The notes below the pieces were generated by a model. It made no database searches, was not told the DNA's origin, and saw nothing but the letters and a program-made list of their open reading frames with translations. A stretch of 64,000 nt of DNA, from positions 141,047 through 205,046 of the forward strand of contig CAZDCG010000002.1 in the NCBI GenBank assembly GCA_964503955.1. Reading direction: 5' to 3'. The position numbers were made by a program, and so were the translations under genes. Positions 36,483-46,746 of the stretch are shown piece by piece. The DNA comes from an uncultured Gammaproteobacteria bacterium. Its GTDB lineage: Bacteria > Patescibacteriota > Patescibacteriia > VMEV01 > CAYQCH01. Position 1 is the first letter of the stretch. Each line of letters starts with the position of its first letter.

Positions 36483-38072
36483 ATGTCTTCCAAACACAAA
36501 CCTGTCGTACTTATTTCATTGGATGGCTGGGGAGCCAGCGGAATCATTGACGGCAATGCCATTGAGCAGGCGAATACTCCCGTCATGGACGGACTGTACC
36601 AGAAGTATCCTTTCACTTTTGTAGAAGCATCCGGCATCTCCGTAGGGCTGCCCTGGGGAGAGGTGGGAAACTCGGAAGTCGGCCATTTGAATCTTGGAGC
36701 CGGGCAGGTGGTTTATCAGAATCTCCCGCGCATTCAGATTGCCATTCAGGACGGAAGTTTCCACAAAAATGAACATTTCCTCGGGGCGATTCAACATGCC
36801 AAAGACAATGATTCAGACCTGCACTTGGTTGGAATTCTCTCAAACGGAGGCGTGCACGGGCATATGGATCATTGTTTTGAGCTGCTGAAAATCTGCAAAG
36901 CGCAGAAATTCAAAAAACGCGTTTTTGTCCACGCGATCACGGACGGACGCGATACGCCGCCGGCCGTGGCGGACCAATTTATCAAGCAGCTGCTTGATGT
37001 GATGAAAAAGCTGAAAGTCGGCCAGCTTGTGAGCATGGTCGGCCGGTACTATGCCATGGATCGAAACAATAACTGGGATCGCACCAAGCTTGCTTATGAA
37101 CTGATGACCAAGGGGCTTGGGCTCCAATTCCGCGATCCGCAGGAAGCAATAAAAGAGCTCTATAGCCGTGACATGAAAGATGAAGAATTGCAGCCGACCG
37201 TCATCACCGACCGCAAACAGAATCCGTTGGCGGTCATTAAAGACAATGACGCGGTGATTTTCTGGAATTATCGCCCCGACCGCGCCCGCCAATTGACCCA
37301 GGCCTTTGTTTTAGATGATTTCAGCGGTTTTGAACGCGCAAAATTGCAGAATCTCAAATTCGTCACCATGATGGAATATGAAGCCGGTCTGCCTGTGGAT
37401 GTGGCCTTTCCTCCGCAGATTATCCGCGAGCCGGTCGGCCGCATTGTCGCGGATGCGGGGCTGAAGCAGCTGCGCCTGGCTGAAACGGAAAAATACGCGC
37501 ATGTCACGTATTTCTTCAATGGCGGATCGGAAGAAGAGTTAAAGAATGAAGACCGCGTTCTGATCCCGTCGCCCAATGTTGCGACGTACGATCTCCAGCC
37601 TGAAATGAGTGCGCCTGAAATCGGCGACCGCGCGGTAAAGGAAATCAAATCTGGCAAGTATGATTTCATTCTGATAAATTTCGCGAATGCGGATATGGTA
37701 GGCCATACGGGAAAATTTGAACCTGCAAAAAAGGGGATAGAGGCCGTGGACACAGCAATCGGTAAAATCGTTGACGCGGCTTTGGCAGAAGGCGGAGCGG
37801 TGGTCATCACGGCTGATCATGGCAATGCCGAACTGATGAAAGATCCATTGAAAGGAAGCGAAGTTAAGGAGCATTCAACCGGCGTGGTTCCCGTGATTGT
37901 TGTTGAGCAGTCCCGGGCACGCGAGCTTGATCCTCAAAGCGCTCAAACGCTTCGCCGGCAGCCAAATCCCGTCGGCATTCTCGCCGATGTCGGGCCGACT
38001 GTCCTTGAACTGCTTGGTTTGCAACCTTCAGAAGAAATGACGGGAAGAAGTTTATTAAACGATCTGATGTGA
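36483..38072 (+). CDS. gpmI: 2,3-bisphosphoglycerate-independent phosphoglycerate mutase
   Basis: VLISLDGWG, SEVGHLNLGAGQVVYQ, NADMVGHTG, ITADHGN, PTVLELLGL. Confidence 0.9.
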   Translation: MSSKHKPVVLISLDGWGASGIIDGNAIEQANTPVMDGLYQKYPFTFVEASGISVGLPWGEVGNSEVGHLNLGAGQVVYQNLPRIQIAIQDGSFHKNEHFLGAIQHAKDNDSDLHLVGILSNGGVHGHMDHCFELLKICKAQKFKKRVFVHAITDGRDTPPAVADQFIKQLLDVMKKLKVGQLVSMVGRYYAMDRNNNWDRTKLAYELMTKGLGLQFRDPQEAIKELYSRDMKDEELQPTVITDRKQNPLAVIKDNDAVIFWNYRPDRARQLTQAFVLDDFSGFERAKLQNLKFVTMMEYEAGLPVDVAFPPQIIREPVGRIVADAGLKQLRLAETEKYAHVTYFFNGGSEEELKNEDRVLIPSPNVATYDLQPEMSAPEIGDRAVKEIKSGKYDFILINFANADMVGHTGKFEPAKKGIEAVDTAIGKIVDAALAEGGAVVITADHGNAELMKDPLKGSEVKEHSTGVVPVIVVEQSRARELDPQSAQTLRRQPNPVGILADVGPTVLELLGLQPSEEMTGRSLLNDLM

Positions 38073-38092
38073 AGCATCTTTTAAGCAAAATC

Positions 38093-39397
38093 ATGCCAAA
38101 ATCGATCAAACGCCTGTACCATTTTGGCTGGGCTATTCTTGGCATGCTCAGGTATGGGCGTCCGTCTCGAAAAATGATTGTCATCGGCGTAACCGGAACC
38201 GACGGCAAAACCACGACCACAACCTTTTTGTACGAAATCCTCAAAAAGATGGGATTGCGCGTGGCCATGATCAACGGACTGCGCTTTGTTTTGCCCTCAA
38301 AAGAGTGGAAAAACCACTCCGATAATTCCACGCCGGGAAAAACGATCATTCGCCGTTTTTTGCGACAGGCGCTCAAAGAACAATGCCAGGTGGTTATCCT
38401 TGAAGTAACATCATGGGGGATTGAACAGCATCGCGTGCTTGGCATTGCCTTTGACGTGGCCGTGATCACAAATCTGACCTATGAGCATGTCGATTTGCAC
38501 GGCAGCCTTGACCGTTACCGAGAAATGAAAGGAGCCTTGTTCAAGGGGCTTTCGTCGCGCAGAAAACCTGGCCAGGAAAAAACATCGGTCTTGAACCTGG
38601 ACGACGATGACTACCAGTATTTCGCCGATATCCAGGCGGACCGGCAAATCCGCTACTCATCGCAACACCCTGCTGACCTTTACGCCACGCAAATCGATGA
38701 CTCGGACGGTCTTCGATTCCGGCTTCATCGGGGAGCAAAAACGAAAGATATTCAGCTGCATCTGCGCGGGGTATTTAACGTGTCCAACGCCCTTGCGGCT
38801 GCGGGGGCTGCCGTTGCTGTCGGAGCTGATTTGGAAGACATCAAACAAGGGTTGGAATCCGTCACCAAGGTACCCGGCCGCATGGAATTCGTGAACATGG
38901 GCCAGCCGTTCAAGGTGATTGTTGACTTTGCGCATACGCCAAACGGATTTAAAAACCTCTTCCACGCCGCTCGAAAGATGATGAACGGCAAAGGGCGGCT
39001 TATTGCCGTTTATGGAGCCACCGGAGACCGTGACCGCGGACGAAGGCCCATGGTAGGCCGCCTGGCCGCCGAGCTGGTCGATTTCAGCATTCTTACCACC
39101 GAAGATCCGCATACCGAGGATCCGCGAGCGATCGCGGAAGAGATCGAAGCCGGATTGAAGGAGAAGGGCAAAATCATGGGACCTGATTATACCTATATCG
39201 AAGATCGCAAAGATGCGATTAAACAAGCCTGCCAGATGGCTCAGCGGGATGACATTGTTTTGCTCTGCAGCATGGGGGACTATGATGTGATGTATGTCGG
39301 CCATGGAAAGATCCCATGGAGCGACCGGGAAGTCGCCAAATCAGCGCTGAGTGATTTGCGATACGGCGGGCCTGTCAAACCCAAAATGAAAACATAA
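38093..39397 (+). CDS. Mur ligase family protein (MurE/MurF-like). An alternative GTG start at 38069 overlaps the gpmI stop.
   Basis: VIGVTGTDGKTTTTTFLYEIL (P-loop), ITNLTYEHVDLHGS, DFAHTP. Confidence 0.75.
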   Translation: MPKSIKRLYHFGWAILGMLRYGRPSRKMIVIGVTGTDGKTTTTTFLYEILKKMGLRVAMINGLRFVLPSKEWKNHSDNSTPGKTIIRRFLRQALKEQCQVVILEVTSWGIEQHRVLGIAFDVAVITNLTYEHVDLHGSLDRYREMKGALFKGLSSRRKPGQEKTSVLNLDDDDYQYFADIQADRQIRYSSQHPADLYATQIDDSDGLRFRLHRGAKTKDIQLHLRGVFNVSNALAAAGAAVAVGADLEDIKQGLESVTKVPGRMEFVNMGQPFKVIVDFAHTPNGFKNLFHAARKMMNGKGRLIAVYGATGDRDRGRRPMVGRLAAELVDFSILTTEDPHTEDPRAIAEEIEAGLKEKGKIMGPDYTYIEDRKDAIKQACQMAQRDDIVLLCSMGDYDVMYVGHGKIPWSDREVAKSALSDLRYGGPVKPKMKT

Positions 39398-39413
39398 CTA
39401 TGCTTTTAAAGGT

Positions 39414-39926
39414 ATGTTGATTATCAATCTTGCGGTTCTGCTGTATTTTTATTTCTTCTCCGTATTGGTGACGCGCTTTATTATCCGTCTTTCAGATCTG
39501 TTCGTGCTCAACGTCAGCTATCATCGCGCGCTCAGCGAGTTCAATGTTGAACCGCATTATCCTTGGCATCTTGCGGTGATCAGACATCTGCTCACATTAG
39601 GCATTGTCTGGTTTTTTCTGGCTCAGCTGCATATTACGACCATCAGCTTCGCGTTCTTTGTCGACCTGCTCTTGTTTACGGCAGTCGTTGTCTTTAGCGG
39701 TGTTGTAGCCGCTTTCTTCTGGCATGTCACAAGCTACCGCATCGACAAGCGTTTTCACGCGCAGGCGGCCAAGCAAATTGACCGCAAAAAAGTCTGCGTG
39801 ATAAGAACGCATAAGCCGGTCAGTTCAGAGCGTTTCAAGCTTGTTCAGCAATTGCTTTATCTCTTTGCTTTTGTGCTTCTTGTGCTTGGTCTCTACGTCT
39901 GGCTTGATAATTTCGCCTTGCTTTGA
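39414..39926 (+). CDS. Hypothetical membrane protein
   Basis: Four hydrophobic helices. No motif recognised. Confidence 0.45.
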   Translation: MLIINLAVLLYFYFFSVLVTRFIIRLSDLFVLNVSYHRALSEFNVEPHYPWHLAVIRHLLTLGIVWFFLAQLHITTISFAFFVDLLLFTAVVVFSGVVAAFFWHVTSYRIDKRFHAQAAKQIDRKKVCVIRTHKPVSSERFKLVQQLLYLFAFVLLVLGLYVWLDNFALL

Positions 39927-39972
39927 CGGCATGCCTTGCCGGCGATATACTGGGGCAACCTTATCAATCTTT

Positions 39973-41214
39973 ATGAACAAAATAAGTCCGTTCGCGTCAG
40001 CCATGAAGCAGCTTGATCAGGCTGCTAAATATCTGGAGGGATACAAGGAATTCATCGACGTTTTGCGTATTCCGCAACGGCAAGTGCAAATTTCCATTCC
40101 CGTGCGCATGGATTCCGGGGAAATCAGAATTTTTGAAGGCTACCGGGTTCAATACGACAATCATCGTGGACCGTATAAAGGCGGCATCCGTTTTCATGCG
40201 GAAACAGACCTTGATGAAGTAAAGGCGCTCGCATTCTGGATGACCATTAAGTGCGGCGTTGTCGATATTCCTTATGGCGGGGGCAAAGGGGGCGTGACGG
40301 TTGATCCAAAACAGCTCAGCGAAGCGGAACTGGAACGGCTTACCCGCGGGTGGACGCATGCCATGCGCCATGTCATCGGCCCCAAAACGGATATTCCCGC
40401 GCCGGACGTGAATACGAACGCGCAGGTGATGGCTTGGATTGCCGACGAATACGGCCGCACCGACGGCGGCTTTGCTCCTGCTGTTGTAACAGGAAAGCCG
40501 CTGCAGATCGGAGGCAGCCGGGGACGTGAATCCGCCACCGCGCAGGGCGCTTTCTATTGTCTTGAAGATCTGGTTGAACATCTTTCATTTGAGCCTGGCA
40601 AAACACGCATTGCGATTCAGGGATTTGGCAATGCCGGTGCGCATTTCGCGCATCTTGCTCATCAAGCCGGGTTCATCGTTATCGCTGTATCGGATTCGCG
40701 AGGAGCGGTTTATTCCGACTCCGGCCTTGATCCAATGGCCGTGATGCGCCACAAAAAGGAAACAGGCAGTGTTGTTGGTGCTCCTGGCACTACGGCGATT
40801 AAAAGCGAAGAACTATTCGCGCTTGATTGTGAAGTACTCGCGCCGGCCGCCTTGGAAAACGCGATCACCGCGGAGAATGCCGATCAGATCAAAGCAAAAG
40901 CAATCCTTGAGCTTGCCAATGGTCCGACCACTCCCGAAGCGGAAGCCATTCTCCTTGAAAAAGGCGTTTTGATTGTTCCTGACGTACTGGCTAATGCCGG
41001 CGGCGTGACTGTGAGCTATTTTGAATGGGTGCAGAATAATCAAGGGTATTACTGGTCTGAAGAAGAGGTGCTTGAAAAACTCAAGTCTATTATGAAACGG
41101 TCATTCCGCAATGTCTGGGAGAAGAAGAGCGATTTGCATGTTGACATGCGAACGGCTGCGTTCGTTCTCGCTATTGAACGCATCGTGCAAACCATGAAAA
41201 TGCGCGGTGTCTAA
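39973..41214 (+). CDS. gdhA: Glutamate dehydrogenase (Glu/Leu/Phe/Val dehydrogenase family)
   Basis: YGGGKGGV, catalytic-Lys region, Rossmann motif GFGNAGAH. Confidence 0.85.
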   Translation: MNKISPFASAMKQLDQAAKYLEGYKEFIDVLRIPQRQVQISIPVRMDSGEIRIFEGYRVQYDNHRGPYKGGIRFHAETDLDEVKALAFWMTIKCGVVDIPYGGGKGGVTVDPKQLSEAELERLTRGWTHAMRHVIGPKTDIPAPDVNTNAQVMAWIADEYGRTDGGFAPAVVTGKPLQIGGSRGRESATAQGAFYCLEDLVEHLSFEPGKTRIAIQGFGNAGAHFAHLAHQAGFIVIAVSDSRGAVYSDSGLDPMAVMRHKKETGSVVGAPGTTAIKSEELFALDCEVLAPAALENAITAENADQIKAKAILELANGPTTPEAEAILLEKGVLIVPDVLANAGGVTVSYFEWVQNNQGYYWSEEEVLEKLKSIMKRSFRNVWEKKSDLHVDMRTAAFVLAIERIVQTMKMRGV

Positions 41215-41219
41215 TAAAC

Positions 41220-43418
41220 ATGAAACAACCACTTTCCATCATCCTCGCTTCATTGCTGATCTTCGCCTCATTTCCACTGCCATCAGCGCAAAGCGTGACG
41301 GTCTCAGCCGCCGCTTTTAACGGGGCGCGCCCAGGCGAGCTGCTCGTGCGCAAAATCGGGGAACAGTACGCGGTAAAACATACCTATGCAAGCAATGAAG
41401 AAGCGGCCTGGCATTATGCTCGCTTTCTTGCCGACCCGGAGGTGGTTTCCGTTCAGCCGAATTTCGTCTACCAGGCTTCAGCCACGACCAATGATCCTTT
41501 GCTTTCTTCTCAGGATTATCTGGCCGCTATCAATATTGAACCCGCCTGGGAAATCCAGCCAAATGCCAAAGATGTAGTTGTGGCCGTGATCGACAGCGGG
41601 GTAGATCTTTCGCATCCGGACTTGGCGGAGAATATTTGGGTCAATCCAGGAGAAGTACTCAATGGAAAAGATGATGACCAGAACGGCTATATCGATGATT
41701 TGCATGGCTGGGATTTTCTCGCCGAGCAGCCTGATCCAAGCCCCAAATATCCGGTTGGTTTTCCTGAAAATGCCATTGGCGTGCAGCATGGCACCGTTGT
41801 GGCGGGAATTATTGCCGCACAGGGGGATAATGGAATCGGGATTGCCGGCGTGGCGCAAAAAGTCCAACTGATGCCGCTTCGCGTGCTCAATGAACTTGGC
41901 ACGGGAACGTCCGAAACGGTTACCCGCGCATTTCAGTATGCCATGGCGCAGGAAGTCGATATCATCAACTTAAGTTTGGTGGGCACTGACTATGACCCCT
42001 TGCTTGTTGAGCTGCTTGACGAGGCCTACAAGAAAGGAATTCTCGTGGTCGCGGCTGCTGGAAATAGCGGGGCAAACTTGAACGCGACTGGTACGTATCC
42101 GGTCTGTTATACGCATCTTGGAGCCGCGACCGTCATCGGCGTTGGATCGATCGAGCTTGATTTTTCCCGGCCGGATTTTTCCAATTATGGTTCTGACTGC
42201 GTTGACATTGTGGCTCCGGGAGTAGATATCTTTTCCACCCGCCATGTCGGTCCGAGATTTCAGTCCAAGGATCAATACAAAGCATTGTTCAGCGGGACAT
42301 CGTTTTCCGCGCCTCAGGTGACGGGCGTGCTTGCTTTGCTCAAACAGATCAGGCCGTCATTGCAGGCGGATGAAGCATTACGGATCCTGCAGCAAGGCGC
42401 CAAGCCGATCGGAGCTTTGCATGCTTCAGGCATAGGATTTGACTATGCGCTTAATGCCGGCGGGGCCGTTGCTCTGGCGGAGCAGGGAAGAGAACCTGTT
42501 CAGGAAGAAGAAACGGCAGAAGCTGTTGTTTCGGGTTTTCTGGCTTATCCGCGATCCTCGTTTGAGGGGCTGCCGTATCTGTATCAATTCCCAGGTCCTA
42601 CGGCGATGACACCGATTGTCTTTGAAGCAGGTGATTTTCATTCAGGAATGCAATTTGTCCGCCAGACAAGCCTCTCTGCCATTGTGCACGCGAAAGGAGA
42701 GCAGATCCGCAAAGTGTACAGCTACAATTTTTTTACGTCGCAGCTTTCATTGATTCTTGATCTTCCCATAGACGATGAACAGACGGTCGGATCAGTAGCC
42801 GTTGGCAATGTTGATGGAGATCCTGAAGACGATCTGGTGGTTGTTTCCGGGCAAGGGCAGCTTCCGCTCTTGAGCATTTACGATTTTAAAGGAACATTAA
42901 AGTACAGGTTCAGGCCATTTGAGAACAATATCGTTGGAGGACTGTCCGTCGCTCTCATCGATACAAATGGAGATGGGATCCAGGAAATGGCCGTGGTGCC
43001 TGAACGCCAGACCGACGGCCTGGTTCGTATCTTTGAATATACTGGTCTTCTGCATCATGAATTCGTCTCCTATGAACGTTTCGGCGGAGGAGCAACCATA
43101 ACTTCAGCGGATATCAATGGAGACGGACAAAGCGAGTTGATTCTTGGTCCTGGTGAGTCCGGCGGACCACATATCAAAATTTTCCACCCGGACGGGCAGC
43201 TGGTTCTGGAATTTTTTGCGGGCGATGTGATCGACGGAGGAGGAGCGCATGTGGAATTTCTTGATGTCAACCGCGACGAAAGAAAAGAATTCGTCGTCTC
43301 CTATAAAACGACCCATACGCCGGTCTTTCGCATGTACTCTCCAGAAGGAGCCTTTGAGCAGGAATGGGGCGTTTTAGACGGAGATTACCGCGGCGGTGTG
43401 GGCTTTTACCCATTGTGA
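41220..43418 (+). CDS. Secreted subtilisin-like (S8) serine protease with C-terminal FG-GAP/VCBS-type repeats
   Basis: VAVIDSGVD (Asp), HGTVVAG (His), GTSFSAPQVTG (Ser). Repeats VGNVDGDPEDDLVV / DTNGDGIQEMAVV / DINGDGQSELILG. Confidence 0.85.
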   Translation: MKQPLSIILASLLIFASFPLPSAQSVTVSAAAFNGARPGELLVRKIGEQYAVKHTYASNEEAAWHYARFLADPEVVSVQPNFVYQASATTNDPLLSSQDYLAAINIEPAWEIQPNAKDVVVAVIDSGVDLSHPDLAENIWVNPGEVLNGKDDDQNGYIDDLHGWDFLAEQPDPSPKYPVGFPENAIGVQHGTVVAGIIAAQGDNGIGIAGVAQKVQLMPLRVLNELGTGTSETVTRAFQYAMAQEVDIINLSLVGTDYDPLLVELLDEAYKKGILVVAAAGNSGANLNATGTYPVCYTHLGAATVIGVGSIELDFSRPDFSNYGSDCVDIVAPGVDIFSTRHVGPRFQSKDQYKALFSGTSFSAPQVTGVLALLKQIRPSLQADEALRILQQGAKPIGALHASGIGFDYALNAGGAVALAEQGREPVQEEETAEAVVSGFLAYPRSSFEGLPYLYQFPGPTAMTPIVFEAGDFHSGMQFVRQTSLSAIVHAKGEQIRKVYSYNFFTSQLSLILDLPIDDEQTVGSVAVGNVDGDPEDDLVVVSGQGQLPLLSIYDFKGTLKYRFRPFENNIVGGLSVALIDTNGDGIQEMAVVPERQTDGLVRIFEYTGLLHHEFVSYERFGGGATITSADINGDGQSELILGPGESGGPHIKIFHPDGQLVLEFFAGDVIDGGGAHVEFLDVNRDERKEFVVSYKTTHTPVFRMYSPEGAFEQEWGVLDGDYRGGVGFYPL

Positions 43419-43463
43419 TACAATAAAACAAACGTTTCCAAACGAGGAATGTTTTTCATCTCT

Positions 43464-44480
43464 ATGGCCAAACAAGCGATTTTTGAACAAAAGAATATTC
43501 TTGTCACAGGAGGAGCAGGCTTTATCGGCTCGCACCTTTGCGATCAACTGGTGACGCGCGCAAAGGTTATTTGCGTTGACAGTTTCGTGAGCAGCTCGCC
43601 TGCCAATATCAGCCATCTTTTGCAGCATCCGAACTTTGTTTTCATTAACCACGATATCACAAAGCCGCTTGATCTGAACGCCTTTCCCGAACTTGAACGG
43701 TTCCGCGTGGAATTTCAGGGCGTGCAGGAAATCTATAATCTTGCCTGCCCGACATCTCCCAAGCATTTTGAGGAAATGACCATTGAGACAATGGACGCGA
43801 ATACCATGGGCATGAAATACCTGCTTGAAATGGCCAAGCAGTATAATGCACGGTTTTTGCAGGCTTCTTCATCGGTTGTCTACGGGCCGCGCAACCAGGA
43901 AAATCCGCTTGTGCATGAAGAGGTGGTTGGGATACTCGATCAGAAAAGTCCCCGGGCTGTTTATGATCTTGGTAAGAAATTCGCCGAAACCATGGTTCTG
44001 GCATATCACGCGAAACATCAGGTACGCACGCGCATTGCGAGAATTTTTCGCACCTATGGACCGCGCATGATGCTTAATGACGGGAGCATGGTTCCGGATT
44101 TTGTCGTGCGCGCCATGGCGGGGGAGGAAATGGTTATCTATGGTACGGAAGACTTCAGCACGTCGCTTTGCTATGTTTCAGATATTGTTGATGGACTGAT
44201 CCGTCTCATGGAAACGCCGCAGGATCATCTCACTGTCAATCTTGGAAGCGACCAGGATCTCCCGCTTGTCGAGGTGGCTAAAAAGGTGATAGAAATGACA
44301 AACTCGTCTTCTACGATCCGCTTTGAACCTCCGCTCCTATTCATGACCCCGCTTGGTTTGCCGGATATTACCCGCGCAAAAGACGAATTTGGCTGGATCC
44401 CGATTGTCACACTTGAAACGGGCTTAAAGCGCACTATTGACTACGCGCGGGCGGAACGGTCCAAAATTTCACCTATCTAA
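43464..44480 (+). CDS. NAD-dependent epimerase/dehydratase (UDP-sugar decarboxylase/epimerase-like SDR)
   Basis: ILVTGGAGFIGSHLCDQL; YxxxK region. Confidence 0.8.
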   Translation: MAKQAIFEQKNILVTGGAGFIGSHLCDQLVTRAKVICVDSFVSSSPANISHLLQHPNFVFINHDITKPLDLNAFPELERFRVEFQGVQEIYNLACPTSPKHFEEMTIETMDANTMGMKYLLEMAKQYNARFLQASSSVVYGPRNQENPLVHEEVVGILDQKSPRAVYDLGKKFAETMVLAYHAKHQVRTRIARIFRTYGPRMMLNDGSMVPDFVVRAMAGEEMVIYGTEDFSTSLCYVSDIVDGLIRLMETPQDHLTVNLGSDQDLPLVEVAKKVIEMTNSSSTIRFEPPLLFMTPLGLPDITRAKDEFGWIPIVTLETGLKRTIDYARAERSKISPI

Positions 44481-44522
44481 GCGTTACTTGTCGCGAGAAA
44501 ACTCGCACCCTGACCACCGAGT

Positions 44523-45188
44523 ATGCTCATCGCTGTCATTCCGGCCTACAATGAAGAGAGAATGATTGCAGAAGTCGTCGCATCCGTACGGCCTCATGTA
44601 GATGAGGTCGTTCTTGTAGATGACGGATCAGCCGATAAGACGGCTGAAATCGGGCATCGGCATGGGGCAATCGTCGTGCGCCACCCGATCAACCGGGGGC
44701 AGGGAGCGGCTTTGCAGACAGGCATGCAGTTTGCGCTTCGCCGGGGCGCGGATATCATCATTCATTTCGATTCAGACGGCCAGCATCCAGCGCATCAGAT
44801 CCCTGATCTGATCGCACCTATTCGAGAAGGGGAGGCGGATATTGTTTTAGGTTCGCGGTTTCTTGATGATACCTCCAATGTCCCGTCGGCCAGACGGAAA
44901 TTGCTGCGAACGGCGGCATTGTTTACGAGGCTTTTAAGCGGCCTTTCTATTACCGACCCTCATAGCGGATTTCGCGCGCTCAGCAGGCCGTCAGCCGAAA
45001 AAATACAGCTTCGACAGGATCGAATGGCGCATGCGTCTGAATTGCTTCAGTTGGTTGCCCGCCATAAGCTGCGCTACAAAGAAATCCCGGTAACCATCAG
45101 CTATACGGATTATTCCATGTCCAAGGGACAAAGCGGGTGGAATGCTATCAAAATTGTTCTTGACCTGATAAAGGGATCGATTCTTTAA
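44523..45188 (+). CDS. Family-2 glycosyltransferase (polyprenyl-phosphate sugar synthase-like)
   Basis: IAVIPAYNEE ... VVLVDDGSADKT ... DSDGQH. Confidence 0.8.
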   Translation: MLIAVIPAYNEERMIAEVVASVRPHVDEVVLVDDGSADKTAEIGHRHGAIVVRHPINRGQGAALQTGMQFALRRGADIIIHFDSDGQHPAHQIPDLIAPIREGEADIVLGSRFLDDTSNVPSARRKLLRTAALFTRLLSGLSITDPHSGFRALSRPSAEKIQLRQDRMAHASELLQLVARHKLRYKEIPVTISYTDYSMSKGQSGWNAIKIVLDLIKGSIL

Positions 45189-45240
45189 AGACGTAATGAA
45201 TCAATAGATGCATAGGCCAATAGACAGATGAAAAGCTCTA

Positions 45241-45642
45241 TTGGTCTATAGATCTAACCTGTCTATTGGACTTGTATCTATGTTTCTCTTCCAAATCATC
45301 GCCACCATTTACATCCTTCTGGTCATCTTGCGCGTTATCGGGCGCTATAAGGCCGGGCGCATTCCAAAAAGCGAAATGCTTCTCTGGCTTGCTTTCTGGC
45401 TTTTGCTTGACGGGGCCGTCTGGTGGCCGCGCGGAACCGATCTTGTCGCCAATGCTTTGGGGATTTCTCGGGGGTATGAGCTGATCGTGGCGGCAGCACT
45501 GGCGGCGCTATTTTATCTTACCTTCCAGCTCTTTTCGCAGGTGCACCATCTTGAGCATGAGCTGACCAGGCTCGTGCGCAGCCTGGCTTTGTCCCAAAGC
45601 AGGGAGGCTGCCAAATCCGATGATGACAAGCCGGTTTTATGA
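45241..45642 (+). CDS. DUF2304-type small membrane protein (start uncertain)
   Basis: Three TM segments plus a charged tail. This is the typical partner of the preceding GT2 gene. Confidence 0.5.
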   Translation: MVYRSNLSIGLVSMFLFQIIATIYILLVILRVIGRYKAGRIPKSEMLLWLAFWLLLDGAVWWPRGTDLVANALGISRGYELIVAAALAALFYLTFQLFSQVHHLEHELTRLVRSLALSQSREAAKSDDDKPVL

Positions 45643-46715
45643 AAACCCTGAAGGTCTATACCGTCGTTGTTTCCTACAATGCCTATAAAGGCGGCTTTTT
45701 CCCGCGATGCCTGGACCACCTTGCGGCCATCCAACTGGAAAATGATCAGTATCACCTTGAACATACTGTCTTCGTGGTAGACAGTCATTCCGGAGATCAA
45801 ACCCCGGCACTTGTCAGGGAAGCCTTTCCCAATATGCGGGTGGTCGCAAGCGATGAAAATCTCGGCTATGCCGGGGGGAATAATGCCGGTATCAGCGAGG
45901 GGCTCAAAGCAGGAGCTGATTATATCGCCGTCGTCACACAGGACGTTTATGTGGAGCCCAGCTGGCTTTTAGAGGCGGTGGATGCCATTGAGAAAGACCG
46001 GCAAATCGGCGTTGTCCAGCCGCTTCTGCTTCTCTGGCCCGATCAGGACAGGATCAACTCCACAGGCAACCAGATCCACTATCTTGGATACGGCTACGCG
46101 GGGGATTACAGGCTGCCCCTGTCTCAGTTTGAGAAGAAAACACCTCAGAATATCGCCTATTTCAGCGGAGCCGTATGCCTTTTTCAGTCTGCTGCTTTGC
46201 GTAAAACCGGATTATTCGATGAGCGGCTCTGGATGTATAACGAGGACCAGGATTTAGGCTGGCGGCTCTGGCTGAATGGATATCGCAATGTCATGGTACC
46301 GGCCAGCCGTGCATATCATCAATACGAATTCAGCCGCAGCATCAGCAAAATCTACTTTATGGATCGAAACAGGCTGATTGTGCTGCTGCAAAACTATCAT
46401 TGGCTGACATTGGTGATGCTAACTCCCTTTTTACTCGCAAATGAACTTGGAAGCGCGGTTTTAAGCATGAGAGCCGGCTGGTGGAAAGAAAAGCGCCGTG
46501 TCTGGGCCTATTTTGCCAATCCAAAGCATCTGGCTGAGATTTTGCGGGTCCGAAAGCTCAGGCAGGGAAGCCGAACGGTCAAAGAATCGGCTATTGTCAA
46601 AAGGTTTACAGGCAAAATCCTGTTTCAGGATCTGCAAACATCATTTATCAGCAAGATCGTAAATCCGGTGCTGCATCTGATTTGGGAGATTTGCCGCAAA
46701 TTGATCATTTGGTAG
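45639..46715 (+). CDS. Family-2 glycosyltransferase
   Basis: VVVSYN ... YAGGNNAG ... DQD. Confidence 0.7.
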   Translation: MKTLKVYTVVVSYNAYKGGFFPRCLDHLAAIQLENDQYHLEHTVFVVDSHSGDQTPALVREAFPNMRVVASDENLGYAGGNNAGISEGLKAGADYIAVVTQDVYVEPSWLLEAVDAIEKDRQIGVVQPLLLLWPDQDRINSTGNQIHYLGYGYAGDYRLPLSQFEKKTPQNIAYFSGAVCLFQSAALRKTGLFDERLWMYNEDQDLGWRLWLNGYRNVMVPASRAYHQYEFSRSISKIYFMDRNRLIVLLQNYHWLTLVMLTPFLLANELGSAVLSMRAGWWKEKRRVWAYFANPKHLAEILRVRKLRQGSRTVKESAIVKRFTGKILFQDLQTSFISKIVNPVLHLIWEICRKLIIW

Positions 46716-46746
46716 ACTGAATAATTATTTTGTTCAGTAAAATTGC